From Daphnia carinata (lineage: Eukaryota): a stretch of DNA of 64,000 bases. Every line of letters begins with the position of its first letter. Position 1 is the first letter of the stretch. The translations under genes and the position numbers were made by a program. The stretch spans positions 6,510,001 through 6,574,000 of the forward strand of contig NC_081331.1 of the NCBI RefSeq assembly GCF_022539665.2, in the 5' to 3' direction. Shown here piece by piece: positions 25,001-39,334 of this stretch. The notes beneath the pieces are model-generated. The model was not told where the DNA came from, ran no database searches, and worked only from the letters and a program-made list of their open reading frames with translations.

Positions 25001-28000
25001 GGTAAAAGGAATCCACCCCCATACCACGTATTTCTTGATTATCCATAAATGCAGCAATAATGTCGAATATCGTGACATCCCCATTGGATTGCTACTAAGC
25101 TCTAGCAATTACATAGAGGCACGTCGTATGAAGAAAACACGCATCGTTAAAAGTTTGTTGTTATCGATCAATCAGCACGGATTTAAAAAAAAACTGGTTT
25201 TTTTAAAGCAAACAATCTATACGTGTATCTTCCTGTACGATGCCAATTATGACATTGCCACATCTTAATGAGCAAAATAGAGTAGTCTATGGTTGCGAAA
25301 GTTCAGCCTTATTTGATCTTCAGAAGCCAATTCTAGTATGACGAAAAACTGGAGAATGTGATTCAAGAAAAGAAAGAACGCAATAGTATCATCCTGTGTT
25401 TACAGGTGAAAAATGGCGCAATCCTCAACTACAGCAACCATCGTAAATTGGCGGAACATTAGGTGACATGGCAATCTATTATTATCAGCCCGATGATGCC
25501 GAATGGAAAGAGAAAAGATGGGAAAAAAAAAGAAGGGGAAAATTGACCACAAAATCATTCGTCCTTGCCGGTTACAATGGACACGCCCGGCAATGGATGT
25601 TACTCGGTTTCTTCCCACGAGCCTACTAGTATATATAAAGCTGCACGGGATGACAAGAAAGCATCAGTTCCATCCGTTCCTTCCACTACCAACCAACAAT
25701 GCATCAGGTATGCATTTACTACACTTGCTGCATTAAAAAAAAAACAATTCTCTGTTTACTTTTTAACTTGATCTCAGCATTAGCGAAATTTTGAAAATAT
25801 TAAGACTCCTTTGAATTTCATGTAGTTTGCCGTCATCGTTGTTTTCGCCGCCGTGGCTTTCGCAGCCGAACTTCCGTATCCGAAACCATCTGGTTATCCC
25901 GCTCCGAGTTACGACAAGGAGGTATGGCAGATAATTTCGCGACTGTTGATTCGTTTTATTATTTTTTCATTGTCATTTCTCTTCTCAACTAATTTTTCCG
26001 ATTACAGCCATTGATGCCGTACAATTTTGGCTACACTGTCAAGGATGACCCAACTTACAACAACTTTGCTCATCAAGAGACGGCTGACACGAAAGCTGTA
26101 ACTGGCTCTTACCGCGTTGTCTTGCCCGATGGCCGCACTCAGGTTGTTACCTACAAAGCTGATGAGTACGGTTACGTCGCCGATGTGAAATACGAGGGAG
26201 AAGCTAAGTATCCCGAATACAGCAAACCTGCTTACAAGCCAGCAGCATCCCAGAGCTACGGACAGTGAATTTTTATCTGAAAATGTCGGTGTTTTTCCCC
26301 TATGCTACATTTAAAATTTAGTCTGTAATTAATCTGAGAAAATTATCTCACAAAAATACGCTCGATCTCTTGATCATCCCCTTGAACAACAACCTGGAAC
26401 GCGTCATATAGATTTCATAAATAAAGAGATTTAACATTCAAACCGTGTTCCGATCTTAATTTAAAAAAAAAAATGAATAAAATGATCGTGCAAAAACATT
26501 GACTTTTAGTCAATCGTTGTTTACCTATCGATCATCAAATATGGTCCAGCAGGGCTAACGTACTTTAACTTTCCGGTCCGCTGGCTCCGGAAACGGCAAA
26601 CTATCTAATCTAATCTAACGTTCTGTCTGTTTCTTAATTGTTGTTTTTTTTGGAACTACGTGCCAGCGCACTCTGTGACTAATAAGCCATGGCTTGACCT
26701 ACACTGGAATTGAAACCTACCCCATAATAACAACCTAAAACTACGTTTCACTGGGATTCTCGGCAAGGAAAAATGGCAGTCAGTGCAGGAGCTTCACGAA
26801 ATATTAAAATTAAAGGGGTACCTGATGTCTTCCTTGATTCCTCGTTTAGCCAAGAAACTTTTCATAGACGTCCACGACGTATCTAAAATTCCCATAAGCC
26901 GTAGGACTCCTTCGAGGATGTCGCGGATCACTTCAGGCGGTGCGCGCAACGAACGAATTTCAGACAGCGCTTCATTGCGGATGTCCGATACGGCTGCACG
27001 CGCTTCCATTAAAAGCGGTTCGATCTCAGCAAGTTCTTGATCAATTGCCTGCTTTCTAAAAACAGGAACGTAGCAAACATATTAAAGATGAAACATTCGA
27101 ATCATGAGGACTACATGTGAAACTACTGTTCAGCAACCTTCAATTTTTCAATGTAGGTCTCTAGAATATTCGTCCTTTGGACGTGAATTGAATGTTATAG
27201 CTGAAAAGCTTAGAACGACTCACGAGGGTAGTAAAAGTGGGCATAGATTATCGAAACTCATTCGACACAGCCAAACGGACTCAAAAGACGTAACAACTAA
27301 AACCGCAGACGAAATAGAAAGTGATCATCGCTTGCCGAAATTCAGGCAAGGTTCTGTTAGTTCAAATCATTTCTCTTTTCAAGCCCGCACTTAAATCATC
27401 TTCCATTTTCACCCATCGAGAACGAACTAATCTCAAACCCTCGTAATGGCAAAATGTGTCATCCACAAGATTTATCGAAATGAAAGCGCTAACGCCAAGA
27501 CAAAGAAGCTAAACATTTTGTCTTGCCTTAACGCGAGTTTCTTTACGGTTGAACAAGAAACGAAAATTACCTGGTAGTTAACGCTACGTTCTCATTAGCA
27601 ATTGTACTACGAAGATCCTGCATCTCGTCTCGTTTGACTCCCGCGCTCTGGATAGTGTCTGTGATTTTTTGCAAGGCTGCTTTAGCTTCCATTTGCTTTT
27701 GTGCTAGCAGCTGTTCTTGTTGGCCAGCTTCAGCTTGCAGCTGAGCGACTAGTTCCCGAGCTTCGGATAATTTGCTAACACCAGTCTAAATGAAAGAAAT
27801 GTAAAGTTAGCATTAGGCACACGCGAAAAATAAAGAAAGCGTTCAACCTGAATTCGTTCTTGCTGTTCAGAGATACGTTGCGTCTTTTTGCCACAGATAC
27901 TAGAAAACGTTTGGATAAAAGAAACGTAGCGCCGAGGGCATTTCAACGACGGATCTAGACTGTCGTAAATTTGCACGGATTTCTCTAGTTCTTTCTCAGC

Positions 28001-31000
28001 TCTTTCATCCCTTTGTGACAAAATGAAGTAGATTAATTTTGGTTTCGTGGAAGACATTGTTAAAAATGAAATGTACTTGAGAAGAATTCTTGAAGCCACG
28101 GCCATCATGCTTGTTTTTGTCCAATTTTCCATCCAAATAGCGTCGCTGTATTTGTACATGGAAGGGTGAGTCTCCACGACAGTCTCATAGGCCGTTTGGG
28201 CGCAATCCATAACGAAGATGACGCGCAATCTTTTTCTCACACCTAGTAGTTTAACAAACATAACATTTAATTTCTTCAGAGTACACGAAAGCCATTTAAT
28301 GCGATATTCACGCACGCTGGGCGTAAAAGGAGAAAAGGCTGCCGGAGTAGCCTTCATCAGCTGCTAATTCCTTCAGGGGAGCCAGAAGCGCATCGCTTTC
28401 TTCAGAACTGTACATCCCTGGCACCTGAAGCAAATAGGAATAATAATATTATCTCCCATTCGCGAATTACAATACACAATAGATTAAATACCTCTCCTGA
28501 AGCCAATAAAGAATCAATCATGGCATAAAAACTTGCATCGGTGAAATGATGATCTTCCAGCACGAAATAGACGAGCTCGCCATCGACACCAGCTGCGTGC
28601 ATGGCCTTATTTTTACACAAGATATAAATGATTTGTGTAGTTTCTTAGCTTATCGATTCTTACCAATTTCAAGTCGTTGATGAATTGCTTCCGTCCGTAG
28701 TTTCTGCCCGGATAGGGAGTCATCACTTGGGCATGGTGCATGATAGACAACAGTTTGAGGGTTGTGTGGCGACCGACCCCTGATCTTCCAATTAACAATA
28801 GAGAGCGGCCATCTGGATTGCTCAATACCCTATCAGCGCGAAGGACCGTTTGTTGAAGTTCCGTTAGCATTTCAATATCCAGCGGCTCGTTTTCTCTTCC
28901 TACCATCGAAACATGTCGAATTAGATGTCAGGCGTGGCGTTTCACACTTTAGAAGATGTACCGTATTGTTCGAGAGTTTTCCTCATTATTTTATCCCACT
29001 CTGACACTGTCACTGGAACGAGTCCTTGTTTTTTCGAACGACAGGTGGTAAAAAGTAATCCTCCAGGTGTCAAAGGTGACATTTTCCATTCTTCATTGAA
29101 AAGCTGATTCAGCAGGCCATCGAACTGAGTACGTTGCTCATTAGTCACCAACTTGTCACGATAAATCCTGCACGCTTCATACCCTAATGTCTGTATTAAA
29201 AATAATAATTCACTTTAACAGTGTAACATGGGAATGATATTTTTGCCTACCATTACGACTGCATTGGTATCATCCCAGCGGATTTCGTAACGTGCCAAAT
29301 TTTCAGCCCAATTAGTTAAATGTCTCGTCGTGAAAAGAATTTGAAAATTGTTTGCGGGAACAAGATTGCGTTTCATCTGAAATATAGAAACCCAATTGCA
29401 TTTCCAAGCAAAAATGAGCTAAAAAAAGGAAAAGATTTACCTCTCCATTAAAAAAGACCATGAACGAAGACATTTTCTGGAGCACGGATTTGGCAACCAT
29501 CGCTTTTCCTTGTTTCAATGATGCACTTACGTAGCTGGACGTTAGAATCTCCAATTCTTTTAATAGTGGCTCTCTGCCCCAACCATACAAAATCAAGAAC
29601 ATAAACATTTATTCGTAATAATGGTCGTATACTTTAGCCGTACCCTATGGCTGCAACGCGCAGTAGTGAGATGAACCGAGGACTAAGTTGAAAACGGCCT
29701 TGCGAGTGATCCAAATTAAAAGTGCATACTAGTTGGATATTTTCCATAATCAACCACTCGCAGTTGTTGTCGTAACATCCTTTATAGTTGATTATCTATA
29801 GAAGTGCGAAAAGAAAATCTTTACTTTAACCTTTTACTCAATTAAAACAATAAGTATATGGAATGTACCTGTTCCAAGAAGGCAGTGAGCTGGCAGGTTC
29901 CCCATTTATCTGGCACGACAATATTCAGGTCTTTCATATAGAGAATCAATAATGTTGCCTCTCTGGGAACGAGCATTTGTCCGTTTGAGCTCGAAACGAT
30001 GATTGAGTTCTGTTTCCACTTCAAACTATTAGATCATTCCTTAAAGAATTCACATGAAGAGACGGTCAACTTTACCTGAAGCAGTTTATGCAAAACATCT
30101 TGTGGCGTCGTCGAAGCTGTGCAATTAAAGATGACTACACGTGTAGATCGGATCTGTCTTAGGCAGTGTTCTACAAGCAAACTAGTTTCCGAAAGGAAAT
30201 ACATCGGTATACATCCCAGCTAGATATGCATAGATAAGATAATTACGATTGTTCGTTACCTTTTTCCGCAGGCTTCTGGGCCCACAACAAGTACGTGCTC
30301 TTTGTTGTTGAACCATGGCTGGATCATCTGGTACGCTACTTGTAAGTTGGTTGTAGGCACTAATAGCTTTTGTTCGTCACTCCATTGCGTATTGTCCAAC
30401 TCACCGGGATTAGGAATAACCAATGCATCGAGTTTAGCATCGTAAGTGGACAGAAAAGGGTTTTCCATGTCAGGCGTCTTCTCCCCACACATGGATAAAA
30501 TCTGTGCAGAAAACGAAAAGTTCGTGTCTGGTCTGGATTTTAAAAAATTTTGAATTACGCGCACCATTTGTCCGAAAGAACTGCGGGACTGAACGGTTAG
30601 ATTAGCGCCACCTCCTTTAAGGAGACCGTTCACGAATTGTTTCTTGGTTCTGCAAAATTTCAGTTGGCTGAGTATTCCACGAATAGTAGTTAAAGTAGAT
30701 ACCGGAACAACAGCTTCGCCATTCTTAGACAGCCAATCAACGGCTATCAATTCAATAATTTAAGAAATAAGCAGTGTCTTAGAGAACTCGATTCTGTAAA
30801 TCGATTATTACCTTTATAGAAATAACTATCAATTAGTGAATGCAGTGACTTCTGCACTTCATCTGGCTGCTCTAGAAGCCAACTGCGAACGACAATGTGG
30901 AAATCCATGTCATCCTCGCTTATTGGTTGATAATAAAAATTATACAGTGAATATCAGTTATGAATAGGGTTTCAAATTTCAGGAGCGCTCAATAGATGTT

Positions 31001-34000
31001 ACCTAAAGTAGACGACACCCATTCGAGAAATGGTAGCTGGTGAGGCATAAGTCAAGTCATGTGTCTCAAACATGAAATTGACATCAGGGCCAAATTTGAT
31101 GCGTTCTCCTGAAGCCATAGTCAACAAGCGGTTGTCATCGAGCACAGAATTCAGCGCTTCGATCCATTCCGGATCGACGTCTCCGTCGCATACCACCCAA
31201 GATGTAGTCTCTGCAATAATTAAAAATGACATTTTTAGAAAATAATAAATAAAAACCGTTGTCCAAAAAGTTATTTTTGAAATTATATTTCCTTTACCCG
31301 TTTCTGAAACGATCAACCGGGCAATTTTAGTGAGAACACCGTCAGTCCATTCTCGAGTTGCTGGATCAATCAGACCTAGAAGATGGACGCGACTGATGGC
31401 TTTAGGATTCATCGTGTAAGCCTGAAGTTTACGTTTTTGATGCTGCAAAACCTGAAAAATTTCCACCGTTATATTGGAAGTGTAATTCTCTTTAGAAAAT
31501 GAAAACCAACTTTTTTCAGAATGGCGCACACGGTAGATTTTCCAGTTTGAGGTGGCCCTACAATCACGACCCCCATTCGTTGTTTCGCTTGCTCATAGAC
31601 TTCAAAAATCTTTTTCAACTGCAAATTATTTCAACGTTAGAAAGTTTTTTCCTGATCAAAACTCAATGTATCATCTTACCTGGCGATCTAATGGCACCAA
31701 TCCCATTTCTTGGCAACAAGTGGTTATAATATCCACCAACTGGACATGCATGACATCGTTGCTTTGCTGAGCCTTTGGAAAGACATCAGACACCAGACCG
31801 AGGAACAAAGCCGAGTCAGCCGTAGTTAACTTGGAGAGCGTATTGAAATTAAGGGCCCGCACTACTGTCGTGTACTCAACTTGATCATCCGAGTTGCCCG
31901 TCGCCAACGATGTCCGCAATGCATCACCTGCTGTTCGCAAGACACTCTTCAACGCTCTGAGGCCCCAGTCATAATGTTGTTGTCGACTTAGAAGTTTCCT
32001 AGCCGAAGGTAAATGCATGAAAGCAAAGGACCCGAAATGCAAAAATCGTACACGACAACAACTTACTGCGCAAGGCGGAAGACGTCAACTAGCTTTTTAC
32101 CGATAGTCTGGGCATCCCGAAAACCTTGCGAGTACAAGATAACCTCGGCGATTAATTCGATATCAGGCTCAGACATGACTACCGGACGAAAGAGTAATTT
32201 CAAGTTATCCGGAAGCTTCTGACGCCCTCCGTATTCTTTACCGGCCGGATTGAGCGTTACAAATATACCAGTATGTGGGTTTATGTCAACCTAATGGCAG
32301 AAATGACATGGATGAAACAATTGGTCAGTAATTTGATAGTATACTGCTTTACCTGTGTGTCGAGTAGCGTAACAACGTCTGTTTTATTTTTGAGTGATAG
32401 CTGAATAGCCTGGATTAAGGTAGAGACAGTCGAAAGGGTGTTCTCATCAAGGCGATTGAATTCGTCGAAACAGCCCCAAGCTCCGCTTTTGGCCAGTCCA
32501 ACAAAGATACGTCCCATTGATTTAACGTCCAATCCCTGTAGAGATGTTAATTAAGTAATTTACTTTGAATAGAACAAAGAAGCCAAAGGAAAATTCACCT
32601 CATCACAATTAAAAACCAACACTTGACGTCCAAGCAGAGAACCGAGAGCTTTGACTGATTCCGTTTTGCCCGTTCCAGCAGGGCCATAAGGATTTCCGCC
32701 TAATCCCATGCGCAAGGCCTGTTGTTTTTTCAATATAATGTATCTATTGTTAGCATAATGTTGAAAGTAAAGCATCGGTAAAGACATACTAGTGTTAAGG
32801 TGAGGTAACATTTATCCGTTAACGGTGTATGCACCAGTTTCGCTACGTTGCCTTGATACTCGTAGGTATATTCAATTTCGGTGCTAGCCATTTGAGCTAC
32901 GGCTACGCCATTCTTTAAGTAAAACCTATTTGTAAGCCAAAATGTGAAAACATGTTAACAAAATAAAGAAAGCAGCTATCAATGCGATACCTCAGTTGTT
33001 TCTTCCATGCCCAGTCTGTAATGGAGCAACACCTCGCATCGACGATCTGCTTGATCACGTCGATATAATGAATGATGTCCATTATCAGGGCCTGTAGCTT
33101 TATCACAATAACCCCCTGTTCATCGGAACCACTACTTTGCAACAGCGGAGCACTGGTATAACTTGCTAATTGATTCTGGTAGTCGCTTTTGAGTTTAGAT
33201 AATCCACCGGAGGAGGACATAGCTTTTTCGCAGCGTTCAGTAAAAACGATGGCTTCGGCTAAACAAAGGATCTGCGTTGGAAAACGTGAGAGGTCGGTAG
33301 CGTCTCGCTGGCGCTCTTGCACACAATTGCGCAGCATAGATTGCAGTGTGGAACGTGTTTCCGATACCAACCGATTGAGCCAAACCTCGACCGGTTCGGA
33401 TTCCACTGATATCGGTGTTTTCAATTCGACTCTTTCACCTTCCAGCGATGCTATGGCAACGATATGGCGTTGATCGTTACTAAAAAGGACATTGTGAATG
33501 CCGGCGAAAAGTTTCTTGAGGTGAGGTTGCACTACGGCAGGCCTGGAGGCTGCCTGACCGACAATATCTAGCAGATCTTCGTCACCCAAAAAGTAGAAGC
33601 GGGCAAATTTGGAACGCTTGTCCTGTAAGATAATAGTGCTGATGAGCAAATCATTGTATAGTAGGGGTCGGCAATTCTACCTCTAAAAATTCGAAAAGGC
33701 TTTTTTGGCATCGACCAACTTGATCAAGCAAACTAGTGACCAAGACACGTAAATTGGTTATGCGTAATACAGACGTAACTCTTGTATCCCGTTTTATTTC
33801 GGTAATGATGAATCGAAAGTCAGCGTCGAGGCGGCGAAAGCGACCGGCATCTTTGAGTAAGGTTCCTCGGTTGAATACGGGTTCCAAATAGAGCCACCTT
33901 TGACAAAAATTTGCACATCAGTTTTGCCTTTAAGTTTGACTAAACAGTAAGCACCACTGTTGCTACAAACTTGAGTTGAATTTGGCTAAGAAGACGAAGA

Positions 34001-37000
34001 TAAAAGTCCAAGTCTGTCATTTTGTTTTCCCATAGCATTATTCGGTCGCTATACGCCTGGTAATACGACGAATCCTTGACAGACTGGATAAGGCTCATAT
34101 TTTCTCCTACCTAATTAAATGGAAAAAAAAAACAATAATAAACTTGAACCAAGTTTCAAACACCTAATTATGATTGTACCTTGTTGAGCAATTCTTTAAA
34201 TTCCTTGATAATGAAGAGCTGAATGCCATTTGAATCAAAATGCTGAGCTAGTGTCCAGTGCGATTCCACTTCCCATTGTTCCAGTTCAGCAAGAGCTTGC
34301 CTAACCAATGATTCCCCCGCAGCTCGGCTGTTTAATTCCTTCACAAGGGAATGAAAAAACAATGTCAAAATGGTCAATCAGAAAATGATGGAGTTCTTGT
34401 TTCAACTTACTTTCAGCTCGTTCAAATTATGTAACAAAGTCATTCGCGCTTGAAGAAGGTCGTGAAGCACAATCTGTTCAATACCATTTAACGATAACCC
34501 TGCCATTTTCAAGAATTCTGCCCAATGGCGTTCGGTAAAAGTTTCACCACGCGCCAGTTTCAGCGCCGGAATGAAAGCCTTCAAACATAAAGTGAATATT
34601 AGAAAGATGAAATATAATTTAAACGAAAAAAAGAAAGAAAGCACCTTGTATTCTTCAATTTGATTCTTGAGCCAATCGATAACTGGATGTTGATCTTCGG
34701 ACTCCATTAGTCTATTCATCCAGGTCTCCAGGAATTCATCCAGTTTTGCAATTTTGTTCCGCGACGTTGACCATTCTTCTCGGCTCATTTCACCCAACCC
34801 TAATACGGATAAATATCAAATCAGGTTACTCTACAAAAGATGAATGTGACAGACAACCTTCGTTGAATGATTGGTAGAGATTCCAGATCTTTTCCTGTCG
34901 TGTGACTTCAGCTTCAATATCAGTTATTACGGTCAATTCGACTGCTTTTTCTCCAACCTTCTCCAAATTGGCACTAATTTTCATTTTCAAAGGTTATAAA
35001 TTACCATTACGTAGCACATGTTAGTGAAACGCCTACTTCAATCGCTTCTGATTCTGCATTAATGCGTCCCATTCACCACGACTCCTTTGCAGCAATTTCA
35101 AATGATAATCCAAATTAGTAAAATCTATTTTGGTCGAGGCATGTTCTTGCTGCCATCGCTGTTGAAACTGGTCGATTTCAGAGGTAAACTGCATTATTTG
35201 AGATTGGCTGTTGGATTTCAGACTGTCCATCTGTAAAAGCAAACACAAATGTTGTTACTGATGTGAGTAAATCTTCGACGAATGAGAACTTGCTGACATG
35301 TTGGTTAATGTCTTGTTTATGACGAGAAAGCAGAGTGTTAAAGTGTTCCCATTTGGCGCAAACTTGGCTGAAAATTTCAACATTATCTTGCGTCCATCGT
35401 GACAATATTTCAGTTTTAGTTTCAGCTTTTTTCATTAAGTGTTTCATCTGTATAAAGAAACTTTAAAACCACGTTCTTTGAAAGAAGTGTAACAGGGATG
35501 ATATCCCATCAAGTATACTTCTGGCGTCGTGCGGAGCAAACCGTTGAAATCGCTGCTGGCTTGAGTAACTTCTTCGAAATCATTTAACTGAACATTGAGC
35601 ACCAAGGTAGCGTTAGCTATAAAAGTGTCGATGGCTGTCGCGTCTCTATGAATGGACGTGTAAAGGGAAGAAGTTATGGCATCCCAGTAGCGGCGTTGGA
35701 CATATTCAATCTCCCGATGAAGTGGAGCAAGACTGATCACGAAGCATCCAACGCGTTCGTCATCACTGTAATTAGTAAACAACGATTTTTTAAAACAAGT
35801 AAAAGTACCCGATTTTAGAACCCATACCTGGATAAATTCGACATTTCTTCTTTCTTTTTTTTGGCTTCCTGGAATGTCAGATCCCAATCCTGCGGTTCGC
35901 TCAGTTCATGTTCTACCAGTGTGTCTAGGTCAACAAGCGCTGGTGCAATCCAAATCTTGAATTGTTCCTTAAACTGTTCCAATTCTTTAAATATTTTGCC
36001 CGATGCAGCGTACACCTGGCTAAATTGGCTAGAGTGGTTTTTGACAATTTTTGGAAATATATTGGGAGCCCCAGGCTGTTCCAGGAAACCTTTGAAATGG
36101 ATCGGAAGAGATAGAAATTTTCGTAATCTTGCATAATACTCCCTTCGTATGTCTTCGATGGCTGGCTTGAATTGCAAATTTTGTTTCCTACACGACAGAA
36201 CAATTTAAAGTCTATCAAAGCAATAACGAAGGTGACATGCGACTTACTTGAAATCAAGTTCGATGTGGATATCTGGCACGTTCAGATGTAATTCGTCCAA
36301 GTGTAACAAGTATTGGCATTCCACGGCTTTATAGAGCTGATAGTCCCAATACAAACGCCATGCGTACGAATTGTGAAAACCCTTAATAGATTACAAATCA
36401 GCAACCATCATTGGTTTGATATTTCTTATTAATAATAATCAATTAAACCCACTTGTGCTTCCACAGTTCCAAAAAGTAATCGGATTTCCCTCAAGATATC
36501 TTTCCATTGTTGTTGCTGTGTCATAAGATTGATGCCGAATAATGTCAAAACCTGTAAATATTACAAATCATAGCTTCATATATGGCTAGTATTTCGGAAA
36601 TCGATAGTTAAAGCGTTAAGATAGGATGCCTTTTCTTGGATTTTTTCGTGGCACATCGTTAATTGTTGGTTCAGGGCAGTTAACCTCTGTACAGCCTGCT
36701 GGAGTCGACGAATGTAGCTGTTGACATTATCTATTTGCGACCATGTGACCACATTTTGATCTTGAACCAAAGAAGATAGTCCGATGGCAGCTTCCAACAT
36801 CAGTGGTTTCAAGCAAGGCATCATGCTATCGCCAATATTGTTGTGGAAAGTAGCAATCTGTAAGGATGCGGAAGAGTGTAAGAAGAAATTGATGAATCTT
36901 CTTATCTATACGTATGCTATTACTTGTTCCAAATCCTTTGCCTGTTGCATGAAATCTTCTGCTAATTTTGCATTTCGTGTTATTTGTGGAGCCATTTTAA

Positions 37001-38696
37001 AACCCATGGATGTCAACAAGCGGACTTCTTCGATAAAATTTAGCAAACGTGGATCATAATTGATTATCATCAATTTTTTCTCATTGAATGACATGACGGG
37101 CGTGTCGCTTGAAAGGCTACACAATTTTGTGGCAAATGGAAAATTTCAACGCGTTTTAAACGATATTTCGTTTTACCTTAATGACTCGTCACGAATTCCT
37201 GCCAAAACGTTTCTACTCCAATCGTCAAAAATGTCGTTAGTTTGATCTTGTATTTCCGAAAGTAAATTGCGTGCTTCTTTGTCCAAATTGCTGGCTTCCT
37301 CCATATCATCGGAAAAAATCTGAACAGCTTTTTGTATGTTGCTTACCTTCAGACAATTGGCTTATATTATCTATTCTTCTATTTATTTAGAGAAGAATTC
37401 ATAATTTTTTTTAGACTAACCTGAATTTCCAGCTGACGAATGGATCTGATTTCTCCTAGCGTGTCTGACATTTGTGCTGATGAATTTGAATTGATTTTAG
37501 ACTTAGCTGATGCTAAGTCCAACCTTAATTTATGTAGCCAAGTTTTGGTATAGTTCATGAGCGCTTGTCCCTCTGATTCCAATTCACGCCGTATACGAGG
37601 CCGCTGAACCAATTCTTTAAACTCAAGAAGCGAATTCAGTAGCTGAAAATTTTCCATAAAATATGCTTACAACATTGAGTTCATTGTAAAATTGCGTAAA
37701 TGTTACCGTGGTTGGATCGCCACTGGATGATGAAAGGAGACGGTGTCGGAGGGCAAAACCCGCTTCTTTTTCGCCTTGGGCAAAATTATCGTTAAACTGA
37801 GTTATGGCAGCTTTCCATGCCGCGTTGTCCAGCATCGAATTTGGTGAAGGATTTCCATCTAATGCTGTAAATCAAAATTGCCATGAATATACGAGCTTCC
37901 GATAGATCTGAAGTGTACCGTAAAAACCCTCAAATAAAAATTTAGGGTCCAACAAATCCTGCTTGGATGGCGGTAGTAATTGTCCTGCAAGTCGAATGAC
38001 TTGGAGTATGGAAATGATCTATAGAAACCATACAATTTAAACTGTAAATTGGTGGTGTGCATATGATAATATTTAATGCCTGATTTAAGCGGTCTTGTAG
38101 TTTAACCACGGTCAGCGGCAGAAAAGCGTCTCCTTTCCAAGGATGGTATGTGTCATTTTTCCAGAAAAGTGAAGTCATTCGATGGCATTCGTTAATCCAC
38201 ACATTGCAAGGAGTCAATGCCTTTCGAAATGAATCACATTATTTGCCATTAACTAATTATAAATGAATGAACTAAGCAATTCAACCTACCAAGGATAAAT
38301 GCAAATGGGCTTCAGTAGAATTCTGCTTCCAAATCAAAGAGTTTTTAAGTTTTTTGGCAATTGCTTCTGTGAAGCACGAACCTATGTATAATAGGCATTT
38401 TTTAGGTCATGGCTGAAATAGTTTAATGGAATTAGCCATCAAATACTAGTTATGCCAAGGAGATGCTCCATTCGATCTTGCGGATATTTGTAGCCGTCGA
38501 GTTTCCAAAGGTCGTCTATACAACCTAGAATGCTATTTGCTGAATCTTCCATGTCTCTAAGTCGAAGAGTTTCCAACGCTCGTACTTCATGAACGACTGG
38601 ATCAATGGCGCGAATAAATGCATTGGATCGTCGCCGCTCTTCAACATCTTGACAGTTTTTGGAAATGTTTTTCCAATTTTGAAGTTCTGTCTCCAT
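19090..38696 (-). CDS. DYNC2H1: Cytoplasmic dynein-2 heavy chain (retrograde IFT motor), many exons
   Basis: AAA1 [15 protein letters not shown] and [52 protein letters not shown]3 GPEACGK; AAA4 IGRSGVGR (dynein-2 type); stalk/[28 protein letters not shown]-terminus [13 protein letters not shown]...LKD* at 19090. The start codon is uncertain (see findings). Confidence 0.95.
25699..26268 (+). CDS. Cuticular protein with R&R chitin-binding domain (RR-2/pro-resilin-like), nested in a dynein intron
   Basis: TATA at ~25632, Inr TCAGTT at ~25664. Exons 25699-25707 (MHQ), 25826-25921 (signal peptide) and ~26008-26268 ([10 protein letters not shown]...[32 protein letters not shown]). AATAAA at ~26419. 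Confidence 0.93.
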
Positions 38697-39319
38697 CTTA
38701 TCTGCAAAGTAAAGGCAAACCTGTCATCAAGGATTTATTTGGTGGCTACAGATTTACAGGAGCTGGCAACTAGCTTTGAAAACGCGTCAAGTTAGGTTCT
38801 TGTCTAACTCGGCTAATGTTATGGAAAAAAGGGAATAAATAGCAATTAATTTGGCTTTTACCCCACTAACCTGATTGAAACCTGCCCTATGAAGTAACGA
38901 GCAACGCCAAGGTACCTTATACCACGCCGTTTAAGCTTTAGGCTTACCGATCTGACAGTTTAGTAACAATTAAGTTACGTGCGAAGATCTGAAATACCAT
39001 TAATAGCATTTAATATTTTGAGATTGATTTAACAGGCTACATTTTTGAACTATGAACCTAAGGAAGAATAAAATTTTTGGCGCAACTCGTAACCCCATAT
39101 AGTAATCAGTGAAACGAAAGGGACAATAACTCAACCGTTAATGCAGAAATGAATTGCATGAAACAGGGGAAATATTTACAATTAATGTAACTTACCAATT
39201 TGAGGGGGTACTGGATAACGATCGTAACTGATATCACTATTCCTTGCTACATCCATTCTCGACTTGGACGTTGTCACGTTTGATCAGCCGGCTTTTGTAT
39301 CAAACATTGTGTTCTAATC

Positions 39320-39334
39320 GTTGTCAAGGGTAAC
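39320..39334. promoter_or_regulatory. RFX X-box upstream of dynein-2 heavy chain
   Basis: GTTGTC-AAG-GGTAAC fits GYTRYY-N1-3-RRHRAC and lies just upstream of the putative first exon of a ciliary gene. Confidence 0.75.
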
